A stretch of DNA of 61,115 nucleotides, counting the filler. It is 4 parts of 4 records of this genome, joined end to end, with 100 filler letters (N's around TTAATTAATTAA, not from the genome) between each part and the next. Parts side by side here need not be neighbours in the genome. Positions count along the whole stretch, not along the records: positions 1 to 26,030 come from SRR20825019_2767; positions 26,131 to 38,489 come from SRR20825019_2770; 2 more parts are not named here. One strand, given 5' to 3'. Position 1 is the first letter of the stretch. Every line of letters starts with the position of its first letter. Shown here in pieces: positions 18,813 through 28,876 of this stretch. Under the pieces are notes generated by a model. The model was not told the origin of the DNA, searched no databases, and was given only the letters and a program-made list of their open reading frames with translations. A program made the translations under genes and the position numbers.

Positions 18813-19270
18813 ATGAAAACACTAAAATTTAAACCACTTTTCTTATTCGTTGGTCTCTCGCTAGCTTTAACCTCATGTGGTGGAGATGCCGCTTCGGGAG
18901 ACGCTGAGGAAACGCTGAGGAAACAGAAGCTGCTGTAATGACAACCGAAGAGTTTATTGCTGCGGCAAAAGAAATGTCGCCTGAAGATTTCGATAAAAAA
19001 TACCCGCGTGATTCTGAGATTACCTTGGAAGGCGAAGTAAGAGCTCCGGCAACTTGGGACGATAAAGTGGTTGCTAAGTTTGGAACCGGTTTGAATGACC
19101 TTCCTCTTTCGGCAGATTTTATGTTCGCTGCAAATGGCGGAAGTAAAGATGCGACTAAAGCAAAAATTGGAAGCGGAAAAACTGTCCAGTTTACAGGAAA
19201 AGTAGACGGAAGCTTCTACATGGATGGCGTTTTTAAACGTTGCGGTTTCGTTGATTGTATAGCAAAATAG
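18813..19270 (+). pseudogene. Lipoprotein with OB-fold-like domain, frameshifted (real or sequencing error)
   Basis: MKTLKFKPLFLFVGLSLALTSC lipoprotein signal from 18813 is out of frame with ORF 18938-19270; tandem ACGCTGAGGAA x2 at 18901-18922 lies at the frameshift. Confidence 0.75.
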
Positions 19271-19317
19271 CGCGCCAACAAAAGCCATGAGCAATTCGCT
19301 TGTGATGAACAAAATTG

Positions 19318-19344
19318 AAGCCTTGCGGAATGCAGGGCTTTTTT
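19318..19344 (+). terminator. Rho-independent terminator
   Basis: AAGCCTTGC-GGAAT-GCAGGGCTT stem (one G-U pair) followed by a T run, between convergent genes. Confidence 0.65.
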
Positions 19345-19392
19345 ACGTTTTAGTCTCGTTCTCTCGCATCAACAAGCCGAATAAGAATGAAC

Positions 19393-21579
19393 TCACTTCT
19401 TCTGTCGTTCTTTTCTCAACTTCTTTAAAAAAGCATTTCGATGCTCGTACAACTCTTTTTTGAGTTGGAGCGCAACACTGCTGTTCGATTTAATGACATT
19501 TGTCACTCGTTTGGCATTGCGTTTATTGTGCCCATCAAAAATTCTGGCCCGGAACCGTTCTAGTTTATCGTTGTTTCGCAATCCACGTCCAAAGTTTCGA
19601 TTCTGACGATCGAACGCTTCAAAATTATCAACCAGTGCGTTTATTAGTCCCTTGTTGTCATGATTCCAACAAACGTCTTTTTTTATGTGCTCTCCCCGTT
19701 GACTTTTGAGGATTGTTACGCTATCCAATTTCATAGCTCCTCCCATATAGAGAAGTTTAACTTGCTTTGCAGCTTTGACGTCCAAAAGATTTCGTTTTTT
19801 AATTAGCCGATTCATTTGCATGAACTCTTCGTAGGTTTTATCGGATAATTGCAAAATTTTAGTGTCAATTCTGGACTGGATAAGAACCTCTTGAGTATCA
19901 ATTTCATTTCTGATTTCGCGAATTCTTCGATCATACTGATCCGACAAATTAACGCACCTGTGCCAACTGTCTTGCCAAATTAAGCTCAATAAAGGGGCGA
20001 AAATATTAATCTCCTCCACCAAATTAGCCCAAAGATTGGGGACGTGAATGTCTAGGCTATCCTGCAGTTGTTCAATTTGACTTGACAGCGAATCTGATTC
20101 TGCCATGTATTCAAGTAACTTGATGCGAATTCGTTCTTCTTGTTCTTTTTTTAATGGTTTACTTACCCGTTTATTGCTAAAGGCTCGGTTGAAAGTTCCA
20201 AAATCCCGTTTGCCCCTTTTTATGTAGCTCTTTGCTTTCTTATTTAATGACCTAAACTTGGACATTTTTCTTCTTGTCTCTTTTAGTTCACTAGAAATCA
20301 CTGACCAATGTTTCTTATTATCGCGAAGAAGGAGTGCTTTTTTCGTTCTATTCTTCTTTGATTGGAACCGTAAATTTTTTCCGTTGTCTTTACGACTTTG
20401 TCGCAGTTCGTTTTTGGATCTTTCAATGTAGTAGTTGGTTGAATCAAAAAGGGCCATTTTCTGCAATGAATCATTCTCTTTATAGAATCGATTCAAAAAG
20501 ATTTCCGCAATAGCAAGGTTGGCATTTGCAGGAAGTAAATGATTTTTTGGATTGTTTTGAAAACTCGTTGAAATCAGGTACTTCTCCTTGCCAATTTCAT
20601 CTCTAAAATGAATCTCTTCACACTTTACGCAGGTTCTTCCTCCTCGTTGTTGATTATTGTAAATGGATTCTGTTCTATAATAGTACGCACTGTCTGCCGA
20701 GAAATCCGCCACTGTTTTTAGATCATCCTGCAGCGACCATACAGGATTATTCGGAAAGTGATTTATCGCAAACACTTCCGGTTGTGTTAAGTAATAATTC
20801 GTGTTCAGTACGTACCTATGCCTTTCTTTAATTCGAAATGGAAAAGCAGACAAGATCCCGCTCAGGATCGCAGGTATGAGAGGAAGCCTGAGAACCTGGA
20901 CAGTTTTAAGTTTTCTCTTTTGTTTGTCTCCACAAAACTTACTCTTTCCGCCATTTATGAATAAGATCATTGGACGCGTTTTGACCCTTTTTTCGAGTTT
21001 TTCAATTTGCCTCAACCTCCACTTTCCGAATCGCGTGTAATCATAAACAGCAGAGCCGGAAGACCATGTGGCATCATATAAATACCAGCTTCCACTCAGC
21101 TTAACAGCATTCCAAGCATGATTGTCAAAATACAAGGTGTCATTTAGGTCAAACACTATTTCTTTTGTGTACCCTTCTATGGTAGTATTTTCAATTCCTA
21201 CAGCCGCACAAAGCGTATCCATCAATCGTGCGTAATCTGTACAAACCCCTTTCTTTCTTCGCAGGACTCTTTTTAATGGGTTGTTTGCTCTGTTTCCCTT
21301 TCCAGAATTGTAGAGCCTATAATCGTAAGAGATATTGTTTACCACCCACGCAAATAGCGCATCAAACTTTTCTTTCTCCGATGTCTTTCCCTCAATGAGT
21401 GCATTCGCGAGCGTTTGTGGATTTTTGGTTAACGCTCTTTTAACATTGGGTGATCTCAACTCTTGAGGGACAAGGGTATCTTGAGATCGTGCCTCATGGG
21501 AAAGTAAAATCCCAAAAAACAACACTGCTGAAAAGAGCAGTCTTTGTCGAACCTTTTTATAGCAGTGATTTAACTCCAA
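19393..21579 (-). CDS. Transglutaminase-like domain protein with long basic helical C-terminus
   Basis: Triad motifs KGVCTDYA, HAWNAVK, YDATW; N-terminal signal-like segment; start codon uncertain (TTG). Confidence 0.8.
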   Translation of the reverse strand: MELNHCYKKVRQRLLFSAVLFFGILLSHEARSQDTLVPQELRSPNVKRALTKNPQTLANALIEGKTSEKEKFDALFAWVVNNISYDYRLYNSGKGNRANNPLKRVLRRKKGVCTDYARLMDTLCAAVGIENTTIEGYTKEIVFDLNDTLYFDNHAWNAVKLSGSWYLYDATWSSGSAVYDYTRFGKWRLRQIEKLEKRVKTRPMILFINGGKSKFCGDKQKRKLKTVQVLRLPLIPAILSGILSAFPFRIKERHRYVLNTNYYLTQPEVFAINHFPNNPVWSLQDDLKTVADFSADSAYYYRTESIYNNQQRGGRTCVKCEEIHFRDEIGKEKYLISTSFQNNPKNHLLPANANLAIAEIFLNRFYKENDSLQKMALFDSTNYYIERSKNELRQSRKDNGKNLRFQSKKNRTKKALLLRDNKKHWSVISSELKETRRKMSKFRSLNKKAKSYIKRGKRDFGTFNRAFSNKRVSKPLKKEQEERIRIKLLEYMAESDSLSSQIEQLQDSLDIHVPNLWANLVEEINIFAPLLSLIWQDSWHRCVNLSDQYDRRIREIRNEIDTQEVLIQSRIDTKILQLSDKTYEEFMQMNRLIKKRNLLDVKAAKQVKLLYMGGAMKLDSVTILKSQRGEHIKKDVCWNHDNKGLINALVDNFEAFDRQNRNFGRGLRNNDKLERFRARIFDGHNKRNAKRVTNVIKSNSSVALQLKKELYEHRNAFLKKLRKERQKK

Positions 21580-21725
21580 GTAGTCTTCTTTAGATTAAAG
21601 ATAACGCAATATCCTTGCAAAAATTACACTCTAATTTTACTCCTGATCCTTTTCAATCCATGAGTCTAAGATAAAATCCGCAGTCTTATTCGTATATTCA
21701 ATGAAACAAAAGGGGAAAAACAATC

Positions 21726-23093
21726 ATGGAAAAACTCGTTCAGCTTCAACGCGACTATTTTAATTCGAACACAACGAAATCAATTCCTTTTCGCCTTGAG
21801 CAACTTAGACTCCTTCAGCGACTTTTGAAGGAAAATGAGCAGTTTCTAAACGACGCTATTTATACCGATTTCAAAAAATCTGAATTTGATACTTATACAA
21901 GCGAAACTTCGTTTGTCTTGAATGATCTCAAGGAAGCAATTCGTTCACTTAAACAATGGTCGAGACGAAAATGGGTAAAAACCAACTTCATAAACTTCCC
22001 CGCGAGTAGTTATATTATTCCTGAACCTTTGGGTGTATCCTTGGTGATTGGCGCCTGGAATTATCCTTATCAGCTCTCACTCGCTCCGGTAGTTGCAGCA
22101 ATGGCCGCTGGATGTACCATTATTTTGAAACCAAGTGAACTTTCTTCGGCGACGAGTGCCGCAATGGCCCAACTCATCAATACTAATTTCGATCCGAGTT
22201 ACTTCCATGTGATAGAAGGTGGAATTCCAGAAACGACAGCACTTCTTGATCAAAAATTCGATAAGATCTTTTTCACGGGCAGCGTTCTTGTTGGCAAGAT
22301 TGTCTATCAAGCTGCTGCAAAACATTTGACGCCTGTTACGCTAGAGCTTGGAGGAAAAAGTCCAGCCTTTGTTACCGAAAGTTGTCACCTCAAAATGACG
22401 GCGCAACGACTGATTTGGGCAAAATTCTTTAACTCAGGTCAAACATGTATTGCACCAGATTATGTGCTAGTGGACGAGCAAATTAAGGACGAATTCATCC
22501 AAGCGTGCATCGCGGAAATCGAGCAATCACATTTCTCTTTTGAAAACGAAAATTACGTTCAAATTATAAATGAAAAGAACTTCGATCGATTAATGAGACT
22601 ATTGAATTCGGATCAAATTATTCACGGCGGTAGTTCGGATAAACAAAGTCGTTTCATTGAGCCTACTCTCCTGTCGAATGTTTCTTGGGACGACGTTGTG
22701 ATGAAAGACGAAATTTTTGGCCCAATCCTTCCCATTCTCTCATACACTCATCTTGACGACGCCATCCGCGAAGTGAAACTCAGACCAAAACCACTTTCTT
22801 GCTACGTTTTTACGAAGAAAAAAGTCACTAGCGAGAAAATTCTCTCGGAAGTTTCATTTGGTGGCGGCGCAGTGAACGATGCACTCATGCACATTAGTAA
22901 TCCACATTTTCCGTTTGGCGGTGTTGGCGAAAGCGGCATAGGGTCATATCACGGTGAAGAAGGATTCCGCGCATTCAGCCACTACAAAAGTATTCTGGAT
23001 AAACCGACTTGGCTGGAACTGAACTTAAAATACTTCCCCCACAATGTGAGAAAATTGAAGTGGATCAGACGAATTATGACTTACTTGTCTTAA
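21726..23093 (+). CDS. Aldehyde dehydrogenase (class 3-like)
   Basis: AWNYP, LKPSE, FTGS, LELGGKSP, GQTCIAPDY, EIFGPILP, PFGGVGESG motifs. Confidence 0.95.
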   Translation: MEKLVQLQRDYFNSNTTKSIPFRLEQLRLLQRLLKENEQFLNDAIYTDFKKSEFDTYTSETSFVLNDLKEAIRSLKQWSRRKWVKTNFINFPASSYIIPEPLGVSLVIGAWNYPYQLSLAPVVAAMAAGCTIILKPSELSSATSAAMAQLINTNFDPSYFHVIEGGIPETTALLDQKFDKIFFTGSVLVGKIVYQAAAKHLTPVTLELGGKSPAFVTESCHLKMTAQRLIWAKFFNSGQTCIAPDYVLVDEQIKDEFIQACIAEIEQSHFSFENENYVQIINEKNFDRLMRLLNSDQIIHGGSSDKQSRFIEPTLLSNVSWDDVVMKDEIFGPILPILSYTHLDDAIREVKLRPKPLSCYVFTKKKVTSEKILSEVSFGGGAVNDALMHISNPHFPFGGVGESGIGSYHGEEGFRAFSHYKSILDKPTWLELNLKYFPHNVRKLKWIRRIMTYLS

Positions 23094-23109
23094 AACTTTA
23101 CTTTCACTT

Positions 23110-24399
23110 ATGAAATATTCACTCATCGCCCTTTTTCTTGTAACTCACATTGCTTTGTTTAGTCAAAGCTACACTTCCTATTTTACAGGAAATTCATCGG
23201 ATGTGGTAACCCAACCCACTGGTGGAGTTTGCCTAATGGGCGGAGCAACGGAAGATGATAACGCGATGATTTGGTTTCTTAACCGCGCAAATGGTGGAGA
23301 TGTTTTAGTCTTGCGAACAAGTGGCGCTGACGGTTACAATGACTACCTGTACACCGATCTTGGAGTAACAGTCAACTCGGTGGAAACGATCGTTTTTAAC
23401 AGTGCTTCTGCTTCTTTCGACCCCTATATCGCGCAGAAAATTCAGCAAGCCGAAGCGATTTGGTTCGCTGGTGGAGATCAATGGAATTATGTTTCTTATT
23501 GGCGAAATACACCCGTGGATAGCTTAATTAATAGTGCGATTTCGCTGCGTAACATAGTAATTGGAGGAACAAGTGCAGGCATGGCAATTCAAGGAAGTCA
23601 TTACTTTTCAGCGGAAAATGGGACTGTAACATCTGCCACCGCACTGGCTAATCCGTACAGTCCAACTGTAACCGTAGACTCAACCCCTTTTCTTGAGAAT
23701 GAATTTCTGCAAAACGTAATCACAGACACGCATTACGATAGTCCCGACAGAAAAGGGCGACATACCGTTTTTCTCGCTCGAATTTTAACCGATTCTGGAA
23801 TCATGGGAAAAGGAATTGCGTGTGATGAGTACACTGCGGTTTGCATTGACCAGAATGGAATCGCGCGTGTTTATGGCGGATATCCAACCTACGATGAAAC
23901 CGCTTACTTCTTGCAGCCAAACTGTGAACTTGCAAATCCCGCACCCGAAAATTGCTCGCCATCAAATCCGTTGGAATGGAACCATAACGGAAAAGCAGTA
24001 AAAGTATATGCCGTTAAAGGAACAGCCGCTGGAACAAATACCTTTGATCTCAACACATGGAATACTGGAAACGGTGGAGCGTGGGAAGACTGGTCTGTGG
24101 TAAATGGAACGTTGAATACTGTGACAGGAATTGCACCAAATTGTTCAACTTCGGGGGTTATTGAGTCAGAAACAGGCTCGATTATTACTGTTTTTCCAAA
24201 TCCTGCTGGCGACCAAATAACATTATCGACTTCCGCAGCGATCCACTCTTCAACTATTTTTTCTCTAGACGGTAAGGTGCTTCAAGAAAACACATCGAAG
24301 AAAACGATTTCCCTTATGAATGTCCCTTCGGGTAGTTATTTGCTGCACATTCGGCTAATTGATGGAAGAGAAGAGGTTCGTCCAATTGTTAAATATTAG
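23110..24399 (+). CDS. Cyanophycinase-like peptidase (S51) with T9SS type A C-terminal sorting domain
   Basis: Signal peptide; LMGGA, WFAGGDQ, catalytic GGTSAG, DTHY...RKGR; C-terminal VFPNPA...SLDGK...GSYLLHI. Confidence 0.85.
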   Translation: MKYSLIALFLVTHIALFSQSYTSYFTGNSSDVVTQPTGGVCLMGGATEDDNAMIWFLNRANGGDVLVLRTSGADGYNDYLYTDLGVTVNSVETIVFNSASASFDPYIAQKIQQAEAIWFAGGDQWNYVSYWRNTPVDSLINSAISLRNIVIGGTSAGMAIQGSHYFSAENGTVTSATALANPYSPTVTVDSTPFLENEFLQNVITDTHYDSPDRKGRHTVFLARILTDSGIMGKGIACDEYTAVCIDQNGIARVYGGYPTYDETAYFLQPNCELANPAPENCSPSNPLEWNHNGKAVKVYAVKGTAAGTNTFDLNTWNTGNGGAWEDWSVVNGTLNTVTGIAPNCSTSGVIESETGSIITVFPNPAGDQITLSTSAAIHSSTIFSLDGKVLQENTSKKTISLMNVPSGSYLLHIRLIDGREEVRPIVKY

Positions 24400-24687
24400 G
24401 TTTTCGAGAAAACGGAAAGCGTCTTGAATTGGAAAAATTGGTGGTATATTAACTTCCCAAAAAAAGCTGAACTTCACATTGCATTGAGCCTTCATTTCGA
24501 TTCGGCTGAATGAAGGAGTTATAATGATAACTATGGGAAGTGGAGATAATAAAAAAGAGATTAAGTTCCCCCTTCGAAGGGGCTAGGGGGATGACAAAGA
24601 AGTATTGAAATTAAAAAACACTTCGCTCGAATGCTGAGCTTCACACTGAGTTTATGGAAGTATCTCGAAGCACGGAAAGAAAAACCC

Positions 24688-25650
24688 CTACTTCGAAATC
24701 AGCTCGTAAAGTTCATTCAAGTTCGGAGAAATAATCACCTCAATTCGGCGATTTTTTGCCTTGTCGTTTGGATCTACAGGAAGGTATTCAGATCTCCCGG
24801 CAGCCATCAGTTGTTTTGGGTTAATTTTAGAGTTCGCCAACATGATTTCTATAACAGCTGTCGATCGAAGAACCGATAATTCCCAATTTGATTTTGGATG
24901 AGTCGACTTAACGAGTTTGTCCGTATCCGTATGTCCCTCTACGACTAATTCTAAATCCTTTTCGTTTTCTAACACCTTTGCAAGCTGGATAAGTGCATCT
25001 TTACCGCCACTTTCAACGGTTGTGCTTCCCGAAGCGAATAATAGCTTTGCTTCCAGACTCACATAGATTTTTCCATTTTTCTCTACAACAGTCAACCCTT
25101 TGTTTGCAAACCCAATTAGTGCATTGGCAACTTTATCTTTCAGTGCTTTCGTAGCTTCATCTTGGCGACGAATCATTTCCTCTAGTTCTTGAACACGTTG
25201 CTCACGATCACTCAACAATTGAGCTTTTGTAGCAAGTTCCTTTTCGACCAATAAAAGTTCATCTTCCTTACGTTGTAATTCAATTTTCTTTGCTTCTAAA
25301 TCAGCAGAAAGTTTTGCTGTTTCCGCGGCTCCAGAAAGGCGAAGCTTGTCATAATTTGTTTCCAACGCCTCATTGATTTGAGCCATTCGATCGTATTTGG
25401 CCCGTAAATTTCTATAGTTCAAACCAAGAGAAGTAGTATCAGATTTTAATTTTGAGACTTCATCATTCAACACACCATAACGAGATTTATAATCTTTGGC
25501 TTCTGCCTCGCTGTTTAGGGCACTCGTTTTGTATTTGGCAAGTTCTTCACTACATATTTTCTCTCTCTCCACAAGATCCTTGTACTTTTTGGCGGGAACA
25601 CAAGAAGTTGCCAATAAAAGGAAAAGACTCAATCGCACAAATACGTTCAT
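24688..25650 (-). CDS. OmpA/MotB-family lipoprotein
   Basis: Lipobox ATSC; coiled coil; LLFASGS, VEGHTD, NWELSVLRS, KNRRIEVII. Confidence 0.9.
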   Translation of the reverse strand: MNVFVRLSLFLLLATSCVPAKKYKDLVEREKICSEELAKYKTSALNSEAEAKDYKSRYGVLNDEVSKLKSDTTSLGLNYRNLRAKYDRMAQINEALETNYDKLRLSGAAETAKLSADLEAKKIELQRKEDELLLVEKELATKAQLLSDREQRVQELEEMIRRQDEATKALKDKVANALIGFANKGLTVVEKNGKIYVSLEAKLLFASGSTTVESGGKDALIQLAKVLENEKDLELVVEGHTDTDKLVKSTHPKSNWELSVLRSTAVIEIMLANSKINPKQLMAAGRSEYLPVDPNDKAKNRRIEVIISPNLNELYELISK

Positions 25651-25854
25651 AGTTATTGATTTTTAAGTAAAGTTCGATAAAAGATGGGCACTGTCGGAAG
25701 ATAACTAACTCTTTTATACACATACTGGTCTGAATAAGATTGTAGCTGAATTCTCGAAAGAGAAAAGCCATTGCTGAAGTGAAATGGTCATTTGCTGAAT
25801 TTATTCGGGGATAGGTTTTCAAAGAGGATAGCTTTAGTTTAAAATAAACTATTC

Positions 25855-26030
25855 ATGAAGAATTTAAAAAAAGTAACAGTTTTAGCCGCTTTGTCGGTTG
25901 CATTGTTCAGTTGTAAAAAGGAACTAACAGCCCCACAAGAAAAGGAAGTGCTAACCGAAGTAGCCCATCGATACATTTATAACGATCAGGAATCCACCGT
26001 GATCTACACATTTAATGAAAATGACGAAGT
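25855..26030 (+). CDS. Hypothetical lipoprotein, 3'-truncated at contig end
   Basis: MKNLKKVTVLAALSVALFSCKKE lipoprotein signal; runs into the gap. Confidence 0.7.
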
Positions 26031-26130
26031 NNNNNNNNNNNNNNNNNNNNNNNNNNNNNNNNNNNNNNNNNNNNTTAATTAATTAANNNNNNNNNNNNNN
26101 NNNNNNNNNNNNNNNNNNNNNNNNNNNNNN
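26031..26130. other. Artificial contig-joining spacer
   Basis: N44-TTAATTAATTAA-N44 (stops in all six frames); abrupt AT-rich to GC-rich switch. Confidence 0.98.
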
Positions 26131-26269
26131 TGGTCTTGCCGCAGCCCGACGGGCCGAGAAGCGACAGAAGCTCGCCCTTCGGGACTTCGATGGTCAGGCT
26201 GGAAACGGCCGTGGTATCGCCATAGGTCGCCGAAACATTGTCGAGGGTGAGATAGGGCTTAGGCGCCAT
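26131..26269 (-). CDS. ABC transporter ATP-binding protein, truncated
   Basis: MAPKPYLTLDNV...LLGPSGCGKT Walker A; runs into the gap. Confidence 0.88.
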
Positions 26270-27875
26270 TGAGGGTGTCCTCTTTCAAAACGGAAAGCAC
26301 AAGACGGCTGGCGTCGTGGCGGATCGCAAGCGTCAGCGGCTCTGCATCCATCCCGCCGGCATCGGCCGGAGCTCGTGCGTGGAGAGAAAAGGCGGGCCAG
26401 GCGGCGGCCTGCAGCGACAGGCGGAGGCTGAAGCCCGCCGGCACTGTGACAAAGGCCGCGCGCAAGCCGGCAGTAACCGGCGCGCCTGTGTTTGTTGTCC
26501 GGACTATCCCGGTCTGGATCACGTTTGCGCTTCCCGAGGGGCTGACCAGGGAGAGCGTGGCAACGAGATCGAAGACCGGTGCGTCCGTGTTGACAGTGAC
26601 GTCGGCCCGGATGGGCCCGCAAAGGGTGAAGGCAGCCGATGCCGGATCGCTGGTATAGACGGCGACATCGGAACGGTCATCTGCCGCCGCGCGATCGGCA
26701 AAGCCTGCCGGTTCCCCGAGATGGCCGCCGACAAGCGGCGCGGGGCGGAACGGATCGCTGACGAGAACGTCCTCGCCGTCGGTGCTTTCCGGCGCATCGG
26801 CAAGCCTGCCGTCATTGACAAGCGTCGCGGCAAGCCCGCCGGAGGCGAACGCCAGTGTCTTTTCCAAGGTCGCGGGCCAATGATCAAACGTCTTCCAGCG
26901 ACGGTCTCCGATATCGAACAGGGTCAGGGCCGGCGGTGGATTGCCCTTGTTCTTCAGATAGAAATCGAAGAAAGCGACATTGGCGCGGTCGACAGAATAA
27001 GTTTGGGCTTCGCGCATGCGCGATCCGCCGCTCGCCCCGTTCCACGGCATATGCGTCCACGGGCCGATGGCAAGATGCGCCGTCGCGGGCGACCCCGTGC
27101 GAAACGCCCGGTCGGCGGCAAGCGTGCCTTCCAGCATGAAATCATACCAGCCGCCGGTGTGCAGCACCGGAATATCGAGCGCGCGTTCCTTCAGCAGGCG
27201 TTGCGGTGAAACCTGATCCCAGTCGCTTTCGCAATTGGCGAGCCAGCGCTTGAGGTGGGAAAGCGCCGGGCGGCCACTGAGGTAACGGGCCGTTTCGTCC
27301 AGACCGCCAAGCGCGGACAAGGCTGAATGGGTCTCGCGGTCGCCGTCATGGGCGGCCTTCAGCAGCGCCATCTGCAGGGCCCAGCCAACCATGCCGGCAT
27401 AACGCAGCGCGCCGCCCTCATAAACCCAGTCCTTGTCCGGCGCAAATGAGCCCATGGCCGGCGACATGGCATCGACCTTCGCCCCGCCGGCAAGCGCCAG
27501 ATACTGCGTGATCGCCTGATAGGAAAAGCCGTAAAGGCCGATTTTTCCGTCGGACCCGTCAAGGGCTTTGGCCCATTCCACCGTTTCCGCGCCGTCGCGG
27601 ATCTCCTGACGAAGACAATCGAAATCACCTTCCGAGGCTCCCATGCCGCGCGCGTCCTGCACCACCACGACATAGCCCTGACGGGCATACCAGGACGGAT
27701 GGGCGAGCACGACGGTGGAGGCGATCGCCTTGCCATAGGGCTGGCGCATCAGGAGAACCGGCCACGGCCCCTCGCCCGCGGGACGATAGACGTCCGCGGC
27801 AAGCACCACGCCATCTTTCAAGGCGAGGTGCTCGACGCGCCGGTCAACGGCCGATGACGGGTTTCGTGCCAGCAC
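26259..27875 (-). CDS. CocE/NonD family hydrolase (peptidase S15)
   Basis: DGVVLAADVYRP, RQPYG, QDARGMGASEG, nucleophile GFSYQ, GGWYD, GPWTH. Confidence 0.92.
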   Translation of the reverse strand: MLARNPSSAVDRRVEHLALKDGVVLAADVYRPAGEGPWPVLLMRQPYGKAIASTVVLAHPSWYARQGYVVVVQDARGMGASEGDFDCLRQEIRDGAETVEWAKALDGSDGKIGLYGFSYQAITQYLALAGGAKVDAMSPAMGSFAPDKDWVYEGGALRYAGMVGWALQMALLKAAHDGDRETHSALSALGGLDETARYLSGRPALSHLKRWLANCESDWDQVSPQRLLKERALDIPVLHTGGWYDFMLEGTLAADRAFRTGSPATAHLAIGPWTHMPWNGASGGSRMREAQTYSVDRANVAFFDFYLKNKGNPPPALTLFDIGDRRWKTFDHWPATLEKTLAFASGGLAATLVNDGRLADAPESTDGEDVLVSDPFRPAPLVGGHLGEPAGFADRAAADDRSDVAVYTSDPASAAFTLCGPIRADVTVNTDAPVFDLVATLSLVSPSGSANVIQTGIVRTTNTGAPVTAGLRAAFVTVPAGFSLRLSLQAAAWPAFSLHARAPADAGGMDAEPLTLAIRHDASRLVLSVLKEDTLNGA

Positions 27876-27879
27876 GCGA

Positions 27880-28695
27880 TCAGTCCTTGAACATGGTCTT
27901 CTGGGTCAGTCGTTCCATCGGAAAGGCCAGCACTTCCTGCGCCAGCGCCACCAGGCTTTCGGCCGAGCGTTCGACATAGGTCTGGCCGCGACCGGCGTCA
28001 GCTGCGGCGGCATTGCCGCAGGCGCCGGAGGGATGAAGGTCCTGGGTCTGCCAGCCGAAACCGATCCGCCCTTCCGCCGTCAGCACCTGATTGCCGCGCT
28101 CCATTTCCACCGACATCGGCTGGAAATCGTCGGCATACTGCATATCGACCAGTTCGGGATGGAGATGCAGCATGGTCGAGGTCTCGGATTCACCGCCGTG
28201 AATGCCGTGCCTCAGTTCATGCGCGCTGTAGAGATCGGACTGGCTCGCGCCCGCCGAAACCCACGAGGACACGGCGAACATGCCGCATTTGATCCTGAGT
28301 TCGCGGCAGACGATTTCCATCACCTGCGGCTGGCCGCCATGGGAATTGGCGAAGATGATCTTGTTGCAGCCCGCGCGCGCCACGCTCTCACCGATTTCGA
28401 ACCAGACACGGGCGAGCGTCTCGTAGGACAAGGTCAGCGTGCCGGGATACTCCAGATGCTCGACCGACTTGCCGACTGCCTGCATCGGCAGCACCAGCGC
28501 CTTCATATCGTCGGGCATGATCTCGACGGCACGGGCGATGATGCCGGCATTGATGGCGCTGTCGACGCGCACCGGCAGATGCGGGCCATGCTGCTCGACG
28601 GCTGCCACCGGCAGGATCGCGACGAATTCCGACATGTCCATCTCGGAAAAATCCTTGGTCGTGTGATCCCACCACCAGTGCGATTTGAGCGGCAT
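27880..28695 (-). CDS. Creatininase family amidohydrolase
   Basis: LPVAAVEQHGPHLP, SVEH..YPGTL, NSHGG, HGGESETS; start moved to the ATG after RBS GAAGGAAAGG. Confidence 0.92.
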   Translation of the reverse strand: MPLKSHWWWDHTTKDFSEMDMSEFVAILPVAAVEQHGPHLPVRVDSAINAGIIARAVEIMPDDMKALVLPMQAVGKSVEHLEYPGTLTLSYETLARVWFEIGESVARAGCNKIIFANSHGGQPQVMEIVCRELRIKCGMFAVSSWVSAGASQSDLYSAHELRHGIHGGESETSTMLHLHPELVDMQYADDFQPMSVEMERGNQVLTAEGRIGFGWQTQDLHPSGACGNAAAADAGRGQTYVERSAESLVALAQEVLAFPMERLTQKTMFKD

Positions 28696-28876
28696 GTTCA
28701 AAACCTTTCCTTCTGTCGTCCGGGCAAAGCTCCGCCTGCGCCCCGAAACCTTGATTTCGGGCACGGCCAGCTCATCGGACTAAGTTTTATGCAATTACTG
28801 TCTGTGCCTACATTATGGTCATGCCGTTTGTCATTCAACAATTCCGCTGAGGCTTATAAGTGGTATAGGCCTCAGC

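Noticed and set aside
18806-19312. 168-aa minus-strand ORF
   Set aside because: It is antisense to the frameshifted lipoprotein gene, which has a clear signal peptide and a downstream terminator.
24400-24687. Several short imperfect hairpins (e.g. CCCCTTCGAAGGGG) between convergent genes
   Set aside because: They look like degenerate REP-type remnants; there is no regular repeat-spacer period, so this is not CRISPR and I cannot support an ncRNA call.
26075-26086. TTAATTAATTAA recurring three times in the window
   Set aside because: It is a synthetic six-frame stop linker inside N spacers, not biological.
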